Origin: an uncultured Actinomycetes bacterium
GTDB lineage: Bacteria > Actinomycetota > Thermoleophilia > RBG-16-64-13
Direction: 5' to 3'
Length of the DNA: 64,000 bases
Assembly (NCBI GenBank): GCA_963713545.1
Contig: CAVQME010000001.1
Span: 587,346-651,345, forward strand
Below are positions 35,049 to 45,352 of the stretch, one piece after another (within the stretch, counting starts at the first letter, position 1; each line of letters starts with the position of its first letter). The notes under the pieces were generated by a model, which was not told where the DNA came from, did no database searches, and saw only the letters and a program-made list of their open reading frames with translations. A program made the translations under genes and the position numbers.

Positions 35049-38000
35049 TCAGGAGGCACGCGCGACCTCCACCGTCACCGGCAGTCCGTTGACCTTCAGG
35101 TCTTCCCGGAACCAATTCTCCGCGTCCCCTGGAGCGGCGCCGGCGCCGTTTTCCGCGGCGGCGGTGGCACCGCTTACAGCCGCGGCGGCGGTTTCGTCGA
35201 CCGCGTCCTGCCCGGCCACCTCCAGACTCACGGCCAGGGTCTCTTTCTTCACCCAGTCGCCGTGCGCTGCCAGCATGTCCGCGACCTCCGCAGGACCGGC
35301 GATACGCAGGTGGATGCGATCGTCGATCTCGAAGTCAGCGGCTTTGCGCGTGTTCTGGATGTGATGAACGAGCTCGCGAGCCAGACCCTCGCGCAGCAGC
35401 TCAGGAGAGAGCCGGGTGGAGATGGCGACAGCGATCGCACCCTCGCGCTCGACCTGGAAGCCTTCCCGCTCGCTGGTCTCCACAACGAAGTCGTCGGGGC
35501 TGAACTCGTAGTCGTGGCCCTGCACCTTCACCGTCACCGAGTGACCGCCAGCCAGCCGGTCTCCGGTCTCGTCCGCCGGGAGGGCGGCCACGGCCGCCGC
35601 GACCGCGGGCATGTTCTTGCCGAACTTCGGCCCAAGAGTACGGTAATTAGGCTTGACGACGTAGCTCACCAGCTCGCTCGCCGATTCCACGTATTCGATA
35701 GCTTTCACGTTGAGCTCTTCGGCCACGACGGCAGCCAGGCTCTGGACGGCCACACGCTCCTTGTCCCGAGAGGCGACCACGGCCACCTCGATCGGCTGGC
35801 GGGTCTTGATCTGGGCGGAATTACGGGCGGCACGTCCAAGGTTCACCACTTGCCGCGCGACCGCCATCCGGAAGGAGAGATCTTCGTCGACAAGGGCTTC
35901 GTCGGCGACGGGCCAATCCACAAGATGCACGGACTCCGGCACTTCCGGCAAACGCTCGGCCACCAGGTTCCGATAGAGCTCCTCGGCCAGGAACGGCGTG
36001 AAAGGCGCGAGAACCTCCGCCAGCGTCACCAGGCACTCGTTCAACGTGAGGTAGGCGGCGATCTTGTCCTGGTCGGCTTCGCTCTTCCAGAAACGGCGGC
36101 GACTCCGGCGCACATACCAGTTGGAAAGCTCATCGACGAACTCGGCGATGGCGCGCCCGGCGCCGAAGGCATCATAGGCGTCGAGCTCCGCGGTCACCTT
36201 CTTCAGGAGCAACTGGAGGTCCCCGATGATCCAGCGGTCCATCAGAGTGCGTTCGGCCACGGGCACGTGATGCTCCGCCGGGTCGAAGCCGTCGATATTG
36301 GCATAGAGCGTGTAGAACGAGTAGGTGTTCCAGAGAGTGAGCATGAACTTGCGGACCACCTCGTCCACATTCTCCGGCCCGAAGCGGCGAGGGAACCAGG
36401 GGGAACTGACGGTGAACAGGTACCAGCGCAGGGCATCGGCGCCCTGCTTGCCGAGGATGATCCAAGGATCTACCACGTTGCCCAGGCGCTTGGACATCTT
36501 GCGACCCTCGCCGTCCAGGATATGACCCAAGCACAGAACGTTTCGGTAGCAGGTGTGCCCGCTGAGCAGGGCGCTGATGGCAAGGAGGCTGTAGAACCAT
36601 CCCCGAGTCTGGTCGATGGCCTCACAAATGAAGTCCGCCGGGAACCGTCTCTCGAACGTCTCATGATTCTCGAACGGATAGTGCCACTGCGCCACCGGCA
36701 TCGAGCCCGAGTCGAACCAGGCATCGATAACAGCCTCGACCCGGCGGGCTTCGGCCCCACACTCGGGGCAGGCAAACGTGATCTGATCCACGTACGGCCG
36801 GTGGAGCTCCAGGTCGGAGAGATCAAGGCCGGTGAGCTGGCTCAACTCGGTTCGGAAGCCGACCACCGTGTCATGTCCGCTAGGGCAGCGCCACACGGGC
36901 AGAGGCGTGCCCCAGTAGCGGTCCCGGGAAAGCGACCAGTCGATGTTGTTCTCCAGCCATTTCCCAAAGCGCCCGTGCTTGAGATGCTCGGGATACCATG
37001 TGATCTCTTCGTTGGCCGCAAGCACGGCGTCCTTGCGCGCGGTGGTGCGCACGTACCAGGAGGATCTGGCGTAGTAGATGAGAGGCGTGTCGCAGCGCCA
37101 GCAGTACGGGTAGTTGTGCTCGTAGAGCTCGCGGCTGTAGAGCAAGCCGCGGAAATCGAGGTCGTCCATGATGCCGGCGTCAGCGTCCTTGACGAACACA
37201 CCCGCCCACGGAGTGATCTCGGCGGTGAAGCGGGCCTCCTCGTCCACCGGCATGACGACCGGCAGGTCATTGGCCTGGCCCGCGATCATGTCGTCGGCCC
37301 CGAAGGCGGGAGCGATGTGAACGATGCCGGTCCCCTCATGGGTGGCCACGAAGTCGCCGGCGATCACGCGCCAGGCCGGCTTGTCCGGCTCGACGAAATC
37401 ATAGGGAGCCCGGTAATGGCGTCCCACCAGCACCGAGCCCGCGAAGGTCTCCTCCACGACTGCGTCGGGGCCGAGAACAGCGGCAACAAGGTCGGCTGCC
37501 AGAATCAGAAACTCGCCTCCTAAGCGAGCGCGGGCGTACTTGATGTCGGCACCCACTGCCGCCGCTACGTTGGAGATGAGGGTCCACGGGGTGGTGGTCC
37601 AGACCAAGAGGCTGATCGGCAGACCATCCTGAGTCGCGTCCGCCTCCGAGGCCGGGGCGCCGTCGCCACCGCCGTCTGTCGCGGCGCCGACCACAGCGCC
37701 GACCGGCACATAGCCCGCCGGGTACAGTGGAAACCGCACGTAGACCGAGGGATCCGTGACCATCTGATATCCGGATGCGACTTCGTGCGACGACAGGGCG
37801 GTGCCGCAGCGGGGGCAGTAGGGCACTACCTTGTACCCTTCGTACAGAAGCCCCTGTCTGTCGAACTCCGAAAGGATCCACCAGACCGACTCGATGTACT
37901 CGTTGCTCATGGTCATGTACGGGTCGTCCAGATCGAGCCACATGCCTATCCGCTCGGTCATGCGGTTCCATTCGTCCACGTAGGCGGTCACCGACTCCCT

Positions 38001-38369
38001 GCACAGCCGATTGAACTCGGCAACACCGTAGGCCTCGATCTGCTCCTTGTGATCGAAGCCGAGTTGTCTCTCGATCTCCAGCTCCACCGGCAGGCCATGG
38101 CAGTCCCACCCCGCCTTACGGCCCACGAAGTAGCCGCGCATGGTCTTGTAGCGGGGATAGATGTCCTTGAACACCCGGGCCAGCACATGATGGACACCAG
38201 GCTTGCCGTTAGCCGTCGGAGGACCTTCGTAGAACACCCACTCGGGATTGCCGGCGCGCAACTCGAGGCTCTTCTCAAAAATGCGGCGTTCCTTCCACCA
38301 GGCCAGGATCCGCTCCTCGAGGGCGGGGAAACTCTGCCCTGTGTCCACGTGCCGATAACGACCTGCCAT
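35049..38369 (-). CDS. ileS: Isoleucine--tRNA ligase (IleRS, long type)
   Basis: Class I aaRS HIGH-like (PTANGKPGVHH) and KMSKS (KMSKRLGN) motifs, with CP1 editing and a C-terminal Zn-binding region. The internal start MAGRYRH has a GGAGGG RBS. The 1138-aa ORF-track N-terminus would overlap the T-box terminator. Confidence 0.9.
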   Translation of the reverse strand: MAGRYRHVDTGQSFPALEERILAWWKERRIFEKSLELRAGNPEWVFYEGPPTANGKPGVHHVLARVFKDIYPRYKTMRGYFVGRKAGWDCHGLPVELEIERQLGFDHKEQIEAYGVAEFNRLCRESVTAYVDEWNRMTERIGMWLDLDDPYMTMSNEYIESVWWILSEFDRQGLLYEGYKVVPYCPRCGTALSSHEVASGYQMVTDPSVYVRFPLYPAGYVPVGAVVGAATDGGGDGAPASEADATQDGLPISLLVWTTTPWTLISNVAAAVGADIKYARARLGGEFLILAADLVAAVLGPDAVVEETFAGSVLVGRHYRAPYDFVEPDKPAWRVIAGDFVATHEGTGIVHIAPAFGADDMIAGQANDLPVVMPVDEEARFTAEITPWAGVFVKDADAGIMDDLDFRGLLYSRELYEHNYPYCWRCDTPLIYYARSSWYVRTTARKDAVLAANEEITWYPEHLKHGRFGKWLENNIDWSLSRDRYWGTPLPVWRCPSGHDTVVGFRTELSQLTGLDLSDLELHRPYVDQITFACPECGAEARRVEAVIDAWFDSGSMPVAQWHYPFENHETFERRFPADFICEAIDQTRGWFYSLLAISALLSGHTCYRNVLCLGHILDGEGRKMSKRLGNVVDPWIILGKQGADALRWYLFTVSSPWFPRRFGPENVDEVVRKFMLTLWNTYSFYTLYANIDGFDPAEHHVPVAERTLMDRWIIGDLQLLLKKVTAELDAYDAFGAGRAIAEFVDELSNWYVRRSRRRFWKSEADQDKIAAYLTLNECLVTLAEVLAPFTPFLAEELYRNLVAERLPEVPESVHLVDWPVADEALVDEDLSFRMAVARQVVNLGRAARNSAQIKTRQPIEVAVVASRDKERVAVQSLAAVVAEELNVKAIEYVESASELVSYVVKPNYRTLGPKFGKNMPAVAAAVAALPADETGDRLAGGHSVTVKVQGHDYEFSPDDFVVETSEREGFQVEREGAIAVAISTRLSPELLREGLARELVHHIQNTRKAADFEIDDRIHLRIAGPAEVADMLAAHGDWVKKETLAVSLEVAGQDAVDETAAAAVSGATAAAENGAGAAPGDAENWFREDLKVNGLPVTVEVARAS

Positions 38370-38454
38370 CAACCCTCCTCGTCGCAGCCATCCCCGGGCG
38401 AAGCCGACACTGGCGCGTCCGGCACGCACCGCCGGTGGTGCCCCATCGCGCAGC

Positions 38455-38870
38455 CTACTCCACAAACAAAATACGCCCCGTCCCGCGCTGCGCCTGCCGG
38501 CGGACCTCGCCGGGGCGCTCGTCGGGTTCCACGACCATCGGAGGATGCATCGGCGGCCGCCAGATCACCGCCGGCGATCGCCGCTCACCTGTCCGCCGAC
38601 TTCTCTTCGCGGAACCGGAGCGCGTAGGGACGGGACGTTACCCGCGGTACCACCCTACTTGGCCGTGGGCAGCCGCGCCCCGAGGCGCCGGCTGCGCTTC
38701 TCCCGGTAGCACCACATCTCTGCGGCGCCGCCCGGGGCAGCCCCCTCAGCGGACGCTCCACCCGTTAGATCGACCATCCGGCCAGGTCCACTGGGTGCGA
38801 GCCTAGCGCTGCCTTCCCCGCTCATGTAACCTAGCGGAGCCGGCCGGCTCGACCGTTCGAGTGGCGGCTC
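38455..38870 (-). promoter_or_regulatory. T-box riboswitch leader of ileS (antiterminator T-box motif + intrinsic terminator)
   Basis: The reverse-strand sequence contains the canonical T-box AGUAGGGUGGUACCGCGGG (forward 38641-38659). About 120 nt downstream there is a GC hairpin (GCCCCG...CGGGGC, forward 38476-38519) followed by UAUUUUGUUUG. This lies ~90 nt upstream of the ileS start. Confidence 0.7.
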
Positions 38871-39071
38871 GGGGATGATATTCGCGTGCTGATTCCCACC
38901 GGGCTTGCACCGTCCCCGGCTCGCTCGCGGGAAGCGCAGCGCCTACTCGTTCCCGTCATCGCCTTGGTGCTGGCGTAGTCTAGTGGGATGCAGGACAAAC
39001 TTCAAGGACCGGGCCTCCCGGCAGCGGATACAGAGGAGGCGGGTCGCGTGGGCAGATTCCAGGGGGCTTCG

Positions 39072-39650
39072 ATGTCACGCAAGTGGATAGTCATCATCGC
39101 GGTGCTGGCCTTGGACCTCATCATCGCGATCACGGTGGTGGCGATCGTGCTCGACCGGGAGCGCGACGAAGCCCGGCGAGCCGCCGCGATCGCCGCCACC
39201 TCGACCACGGGCGTCTCCTCCCCTTATGACTTCACCGAACTCCCTGATGAAGTCGACCTCGATGTCATCGAAGACGCTTCGTTCGTCAGCATCCTCGTCC
39301 CAAACGAGACCGGCGAGCTCACCAGTTACGGGGTCAGCATGGACCTACCGGCGGCAAAGGCGCTCGCCGACGCTGTCCGTGACGCGCATGAAGTGGACGC
39401 CCAGACGGCTGCGACTATTGCCGGGACCGCCTCGACCAGTGACGATCGGACGGGCACCGGTACAGCCGACACCGACCCTGCGGGCGCCGGCGTGGCAGGC
39501 GCCGCCCTCACCTTCGTCCTCCCCGGCCGGGAGACTCTGACCTTCCTCATGGACCTGGATCAGGGGCTCATCGCCAGGGAAGGCCGGGCCTGGCAGATCG
39601 ATGGTGACCTCCAAGCTCTGGTGCAGGCGGCAACGGCAAGTCCGGGTTAG
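39072..39650 (+). CDS. Hypothetical membrane-anchored protein
   Basis: One N-terminal TM helix (IVIIAVLALDLIIAITVVAIVL) followed by an Ala/Thr/Asp-rich domain. The internal start MSRKW is preferred over the ORF-track start 38988. Confidence 0.45.
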   Translation: MSRKWIVIIAVLALDLIIAITVVAIVLDRERDEARRAAAIAATSTTGVSSPYDFTELPDEVDLDVIEDASFVSILVPNETGELTSYGVSMDLPAAKALADAVRDAHEVDAQTAATIAGTASTSDDRTGTGTADTDPAGAGVAGAALTFVLPGRETLTFLMDLDQGLIAREGRAWQIDGDLQALVQAATASPG

Positions 39651-40112
39651 ACGAAGAGGCTCGGGCCCCGCTGTTTCCAAGACGTCCGGTTTTCACGCCT
39701 TCGCCGATCCTCCCCGCCCGCGTGACGGCACCCACAACGGGGGCCGAGGTGTCATCCGTGTCTCTAGCAGGGTAAAATGCTCCGGGACACCATCGCGTGG
39801 AGCGATTCATGTTCTATTTCGAAACAGGCGCCCCTGCGCGTCCCCGACCCCCCCAGGTGATCGCAGCGATCCCGGGGGAGCTATGCGACGTGGCCGTCAT
39901 CCCGGGCCGGGTAGCGTGCGCGATCTTCGTCAGTTCGGAGTCTCACCGACGGTCTGGAACCTCCGGAACCGCGTCGGTACGTCTTAGCATCGGCCGTGCC
40001 GCTGCCGGGACCGGTGGAAAAGAGCATGTCGGAATGCACACGGCCATCGAGGCACTTCTAAACATAGCGCGCAGGCCCGCCGACTGCCGGCTCACAGAAT
40101 GGGAGAGGCATC

Positions 40113-41246
40113 ATGCCCGATAGGATATTCGGCCCTGCCGACGCGGCCACGTCGGCCGCCGGCTCCAGCGAAGCGTTCGCGACCACAGATGCTGCTTTTT
40201 TTGGCCAGGTGATCGCCACCGAGCCGGCCGGTCCAACGGTCACGGCCAGTCCCTCCACCACCGCGGGGGGGCCGGGCATGACCGTTCTGCAAGACGAGGA
40301 GATGCAGGACGTCGCCCGCAGGGCCGCGCGCATCGCGGGCGGGATCGGTTCCGTCATCTTGGGCAAAGAGGAGGTCATCCGGGCCTGCGTCGTCGCGCTT
40401 CTGGCGGGAGGCCACGTCATCGTGGAGGACTTCCCCGGCGTGGGCAAGACCCTCCTCGCCAAAGCCTTAGCCCGCTCCATCGATTGCAGCTTCGCCCGCA
40501 TCCAGTTCACTCCCGATCTGCTGCCGAGCGACGTCACCGGTGTCAGCGTCTTTAACCAGAAGAACGGGGAGTTCGAGTTCCGTCCCGGTCCCATCTTCGC
40601 CAACATCGTGCTGGCCGACGAGATCAACCGCGCCTCGCCCAAGACCCAGTCGAGCCTGCTTGAATGCATGGAGGAGCGCCAGGCCACCATCGACAACGTC
40701 ACTCACGCCATACACCCACCGTTCATGGTGATCGCCACCCAGAACCCCATCGAGTACGAAGGCACATACCCGTTGCCCGAAGCCCAACTCGACCGTTTCA
40801 TGATGCGGCTCAGCCTTGGCTATCCCTCGGCGGAGGCCGAAGAGGCCATCATCCACGAGCAGACCTCGCACAACCCCTTGGCCGAACTGAGCCATGTAGT
40901 CGACGGGTCCGAGGTGCTGACAATGACCCAGGCGGTCACCCGGGTGCGCGTCGCTCCCTCTCTGCGCCGGTACGTGGTCGACATCATGGCAGCGACCCGT
41001 CAGCAGCGTGATGTATACCTGGGAGCAAGCCCGCGGGCAGGTATCGCCCTCACCCGAGCCGCCAAGGCCCTCGCTTTGTTGCGAGGCCGGGATTTCGTGG
41101 TACCCAAAGACATCAAAGACCTGGCGGTACGCTGTCTGGCTCACCGCATCATGCTCGCCCCGGATGCCAAAGTCCGGGACGTGAGCCCCGAGAGTGTCGT
41201 GACCAAGCTGCTCGAGACGGTGCCGGTTCCTCAGGGCGGCGCTTAG
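40113..41246 (+). CDS. MoxR-family AAA+ ATPase
   Basis: Walker A GVGKT and Walker B LADEINR in the MoxR/RavA subfamily. GGGAGAGG RBS. Confidence 0.85.
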   Translation: MPDRIFGPADAATSAAGSSEAFATTDAAFFGQVIATEPAGPTVTASPSTTAGGPGMTVLQDEEMQDVARRAARIAGGIGSVILGKEEVIRACVVALLAGGHVIVEDFPGVGKTLLAKALARSIDCSFARIQFTPDLLPSDVTGVSVFNQKNGEFEFRPGPIFANIVLADEINRASPKTQSSLLECMEERQATIDNVTHAIHPPFMVIATQNPIEYEGTYPLPEAQLDRFMMRLSLGYPSAEAEEAIIHEQTSHNPLAELSHVVDGSEVLTMTQAVTRVRVAPSLRRYVVDIMAATRQQRDVYLGASPRAGIALTRAAKALALLRGRDFVVPKDIKDLAVRCLAHRIMLAPDAKVRDVSPESVVTKLLETVPVPQGGA

Positions 41247-41249
41247 CCC

Positions 41250-42653
41250 ATGCCTCGTCCTACCGGCCGCGGCTTCGCCCTGCTGGGCCTCGCCGCCGCG
41301 ACCTATCTGGCCGGGCGGGTGGTCGGCACCTGGGAGCTGTACCTCTTTGCCTTCGCTTTCCTGGCCGCGGTGATCATCTCCTGGCTGCTGGTCCTGGCGA
41401 CCGGCCGCCGCATCCACGTCACTCGCAAGGTCACGCCTGAGCGACCCGTGGCGGGTGACGAGCCCGAGATGAGTCTCCTTGTCGAGAACACCTCCTTCTT
41501 CCCCGGGCCGCATCTCACGCTGCGGAATCAGCTGGCGGGCTTGAGCTCGGGAGATCTCGAACTGGAAGTGGAGAGTCTCGTCCCCCGTGGGGACAAGATG
41601 GTCAGGACCCGCATGGGCCGGGTCAATCGCGGAGTCCACGTGCTCCCGGCGGCCCAGGCCGTAGCCGAAGACCCCCTGGGGATCGCGAGCGCAGTGCACA
41701 GAGTCAGCGCTCCGTTGCCCGTGACGGTGTATCCGCGTGTCGCGATGCTCGACTCCTGCGTGCTCTACCCGGAGATAGGCCTTAAGCACGATTGGGGAGG
41801 CCGGTATGGTCTGCCTTCCCCGGGGGCGTCCGAGTTCAAAGGCATCCGGCCGCACCAGCCCGGCGAACCGCTCAGTCACATCGACTGGAAGAGCACGGCC
41901 AAGACAGGGATCCTCATGCTGCGCGAGATGGAGGAGCCCGCCGGCGCGGACATCACCCTGCTTCTGGACGGCACCGCCCAGCAAGTGGTGGGGGAGCCGC
42001 CCCACAGCAACTTCGAGTTGGCGGTGCGCGCCACGGGTAGTATCTCCGACTTTGCCCTGCGCGCCGGCCGAGGGGTCAGTCTTCTGCGCCACGAGCACAG
42101 CTGGCGGCAGACGCGGCTCACAGCCGATGGAGGCGGACGCCGCAGTCTGATGGAGGTGCTGGCCGAGGCGCGACCCAACGCCTCGGCTCCTCTGGTCAAT
42201 GCTTTGCGCCACCTGAGGGTCGAAGCGCGCCAGCTGCTCCGCTCCCAGACGGTGACCGTGGTGAGCTTGTCCCTGGATCATCAGCTGGTCCGTACGCTCA
42301 TCGGCCTGCGAGAAGACGGCATGCGCCTGAGCTTCCTTTACATCGTGGGGGCATCATTCACCGGGGCAGAAGCCCGCACCGGGGCGGGCACCGGCTCCTC
42401 CATACTGCCGTTCCTGCCTCCGCGCGACCTGGCCGGTGGCTTGCCGGCGAGACCGCCGCAGGCCACGATTCAGTCCGAGCCAAGTCCGCTGACCGGCGTG
42501 GCGGCCCAAGGCCAGCTTCCCGTGGAGTCCCGGGCCCTACTACTCTCACTCTCCTCGGCCGGTATAGGCTGCCTGACACTCGGTCACGGTGACGACTTGT
42601 TCCGGGCCTTGTCGTTCCGGGGCACCGGCCGTAAGCGAGCGAGCGCCTTGTGA
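41250..42653 (+). CDS. DUF58 domain protein (vWA-like MoxR partner)
   Basis: N-terminal TM helices and the DUF58 core (HIDWKSTAKTGILMLREMEEP). Positioned between MoxR and the transglutaminase. Confidence 0.75.
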   Translation: MPRPTGRGFALLGLAAATYLAGRVVGTWELYLFAFAFLAAVIISWLLVLATGRRIHVTRKVTPERPVAGDEPEMSLLVENTSFFPGPHLTLRNQLAGLSSGDLELEVESLVPRGDKMVRTRMGRVNRGVHVLPAAQAVAEDPLGIASAVHRVSAPLPVTVYPRVAMLDSCVLYPEIGLKHDWGGRYGLPSPGASEFKGIRPHQPGEPLSHIDWKSTAKTGILMLREMEEPAGADITLLLDGTAQQVVGEPPHSNFELAVRATGSISDFALRAGRGVSLLRHEHSWRQTRLTADGGGRRSLMEVLAEARPNASAPLVNALRHLRVEARQLLRSQTVTVVSLSLDHQLVRTLIGLREDGMRLSFLYIVGASFTGAEARTGAGTGSSILPFLPPRDLAGGLPARPPQATIQSEPSPLTGVAAQGQLPVESRALLLSLSSAGIGCLTLGHGDDLFRALSFRGTGRKRASAL

Positions 42654-42674
42654 GACGGCTGAGATGAGGAGCCT

Positions 42675-44954
42675 GTGAAGGCCGTACCCAGAATCCTGTA
42701 TCTGCTCTGCTTCGTGGGCTTGGCGCTGGTTGCGGCCCTCGCGCTCAACGCGGTCGTGCGCCCTTCCATGGTGAACATCTTGCTGCGCACGGTGGTGGTC
42801 GCTGCGCTCTTCGGCGCACCCGGGCTCATCTACCGCAGGCTCTGGCCGCTCAGTTTGGCGCTGCTCCCGATAGGAGCCTACCTTCTCATACGCACCATCA
42901 TTCCGGTTCCCACGGAGGTCGACGGCCTGGGCGGGCAGTACCACTTCTATATCGAGCAGCTTCGCCTGGGCGCGAACGCGTACCTCACCCAGATCTTCCC
43001 GCTCAGCTCCATCGACGCGCCGGAGCTTCCCCTCTTGCTGGCATTCTGCGTCTACTGGCTGGTCGGCGCTGCTGCCTTCCTGTCCCTGGGTCTACGCAGG
43101 CCTGTCCCCGGGATAGCGCTGATGATCCTGCTGCTGGGCTTCGGTCTCACGGTCGATGGCACCATTCGGGTACTGTGGTCGGCACTGCTCTTTCTCGTAC
43201 TGGCGGCATGCCTGCTTGTCCTCTCCCGCGGGCTCAAGCGGGAGGGGTGGAAGCTACGAGAGGTCGTGGCCGGAGGCGCAGTGGGCGTGGTCGCCTCGCT
43301 GCTTGCCCTGCTGCTGCTGGGAGCGGCCCCGTCGGCCGCCGCCACTCCCTGGCAGGACTGGCGCACCTGGGATCCCTTCCGGCAGGGTCCCTCGGCTTAC
43401 ACGTTCAACTGGCTGCAGCAGTACGGTGACCTTCTTGACCCAGCAAAAGATACGGTGATCATGAAGGTTGAATCACCTTCTCCGTCGTACTGGCGCGCCA
43501 ACGCCCTTGAGACCTTCACCGGCAACGCATGGACCGCCGCCCAGGCCTTCCTCGATGGCCTGGAACAGACGCAAAGCGATAGTACGTACGTCTATTCGCT
43601 CCGGTCGGCTGAAACGCCCACTCCTCCAGGGGTGAAGGTGACCCAGACCTTCCAGGTGCAGTCGGTCTATAGCAACTACTTCTTCGTCGGAGGCGACCCG
43701 CTTTCGCTCGCGATAGATCAAGATCTCGTCCTTCGTACCAACGATACCCGAGCCATCCACTCCAACAGAGCCGTGGGGCCCACCTTCGCCTACACGGTCA
43801 CCGCGGTCGTCCCCGATCTGGAGCCTACCGATGTGGTCGGCAAGGGCAGAGACTACCCCGAATCAGCGAGAGACTACCTGGTGCTCCCCTTCCCGCGGGT
43901 GGAGCAGATCGAGGGTCCCGACAAAGAAGCCACTTGGCGGAGCACCGTTCCCGATAACACCCCGGAGGGTCGGGAGTGGGTCGATCTCTACGCCCTCAAC
44001 CGACAGATCGTCGGCAACGCGACCGATCCCTACGAGGTCACCCTTCGCATCGAGCGGTACCTCCGGGACCCGAGATACTTCGAGTACTCCCTCACTCCGC
44101 CGGCGAGCGACTACTCGTCCTCCTTCTCCGCCTTCCTCTTCGACACGCGTTCCGGCTACTGCCAGCACTTCGCCGGAGCTATGGCCCTCCTTCTTCGCTA
44201 CAACGCAGTCCCCGCCCGGGTGGCGGTGGGGTTCACCGGCGGAGAAGAGGGAGATCGGAACACCTACATCGTGAGCACGAACAACGCTCACGCCTGGGTG
44301 GAGGTCTACTTCCCCGAGGTGGGTTGGGTGGCCTTCGACCCCACGCCGGGAAGGAACCTTCCCACCGCTACCTCCTCCAGCAACCCGAGGTTCATCAACC
44401 CCTTCGTCGAAGAGGGGAGCGCCGGGCAAGGACCGGTGACGACTATGCCGCCTCGAGAGAACATCCCCGAGGACCGGCCGAGCGGCGGCGCTGCAGCGGA
44501 CGCCGGAGGACGGGGATGGCTTGCCAGCGCCCCCTGGGTGCCCTGGGTAGCAGGGCTGGCCGTGCTCCTGATCGCCTGGCCGGTCGGGCGCAGCCTTTGG
44601 CGCAAGCGTCGTCTCGAGCGCGGTCCCCTGGATCAGCGGCTGCAGGCCTCACTGGCTTTGCTCCGAGGCGAGATGGCCGACTACGGTATGGCCGTGGCCC
44701 CATCGTGCACGCTCGAAGAGACACTGGCGATCCTCGAGATCAAGCTCGGCACCGAACCCGACCCCGTTCTTGTTGCCCGCACCGACGCCATACTGTTCGG
44801 GGGATATCACGCCACCCGGGCGGATGTCGACCGGGCCGAGATGGTGCGCAAGGACGTAGTCGCCCGACTGCGCAAGCGCCACGGGTGGGTGCGGACAGGG
44901 GCGACGTGGTACGGTGTGCCGCGATTGGCCTCCCTGAGCGGGCCGGGAGCGTGA
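42675..44954 (+). CDS. Transglutaminase-like membrane protein (TgpA-like; DUF3488 + transglutaminase core)
   Basis: Multi-TM N-terminal region and a periplasmic transglutaminase core with catalytic Cys (SGYCQHFAGAMALLLRY). Confidence 0.8.
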   Translation: MKAVPRILYLLCFVGLALVAALALNAVVRPSMVNILLRTVVVAALFGAPGLIYRRLWPLSLALLPIGAYLLIRTIIPVPTEVDGLGGQYHFYIEQLRLGANAYLTQIFPLSSIDAPELPLLLAFCVYWLVGAAAFLSLGLRRPVPGIALMILLLGFGLTVDGTIRVLWSALLFLVLAACLLVLSRGLKREGWKLREVVAGGAVGVVASLLALLLLGAAPSAAATPWQDWRTWDPFRQGPSAYTFNWLQQYGDLLDPAKDTVIMKVESPSPSYWRANALETFTGNAWTAAQAFLDGLEQTQSDSTYVYSLRSAETPTPPGVKVTQTFQVQSVYSNYFFVGGDPLSLAIDQDLVLRTNDTRAIHSNRAVGPTFAYTVTAVVPDLEPTDVVGKGRDYPESARDYLVLPFPRVEQIEGPDKEATWRSTVPDNTPEGREWVDLYALNRQIVGNATDPYEVTLRIERYLRDPRYFEYSLTPPASDYSSSFSAFLFDTRSGYCQHFAGAMALLLRYNAVPARVAVGFTGGEEGDRNTYIVSTNNAHAWVEVYFPEVGWVAFDPTPGRNLPTATSSSNPRFINPFVEEGSAGQGPVTTMPPRENIPEDRPSGGAAADAGGRGWLASAPWVPWVAGLAVLLIAWPVGRSLWRKRRLERGPLDQRLQASLALLRGEMADYGMAVAPSCTLEETLAILEIKLGTEPDPVLVARTDAILFGGYHATRADVDRAEMVRKDVVARLRKRHGWVRTGATWYGVPRLASLSGPGA

Positions 44955-45012
44955 ACGAGATCCCGACCTTCTCGCCACGCCACACTCCAAGCGGCTGATA
45001 TACAATAACGCC

Positions 45013-45333
45013 ATGCCTACCATCAGGGACAAGACCAAAGACAAGACCGCGAAGCAGCTACCGGTCTTCTCCCGGGCTCGCTGCAAGCGCTGCGGCATCT
45101 GTAGTCATTTCTGTCCGGTAGAAGCCCTTGCGGTCGAACCGGACGGCATGCCCTATCTGGCAGATGCGGATGCCTGCACCTCGTGCGCACTCTGCTCGGA
45201 CATGTGCCCCGATTGGGCCATATATCTGACAGCCGCCGGGGAAGACGCGTTGCATCGCGAGCAAGCGCTGGCGGCTGAGACCGGAGTGGACGCAACCGGA
45301 CTCTTGGATCCCGCCGATCACGAGCGAGATTGA
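45013..45333 (+). CDS. 2x[4Fe-4S] ferredoxin
   Basis: Two CxxCxxCxxxCP motifs (CKRCGICSHFCP, CTSCALCSDMCP). Confidence 0.75.
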   Translation: MPTIRDKTKDKTAKQLPVFSRARCKRCGICSHFCPVEALAVEPDGMPYLADADACTSCALCSDMCPDWAIYLTAAGEDALHREQALAAETGVDATGLLDPADHERD

Positions 45334-45352
45334 GCGACCGGGCGAGGACCCC

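Noticed and set aside
35262-37523. 753-aa plus-strand ORF
   Set aside because: Antisense shadow of ileS.
39797-40123. 108-aa ORF upstream of moxR
   Set aside because: GC3 and codon usage are markedly lower than in the surrounding genes. The region is more likely a non-coding leader.
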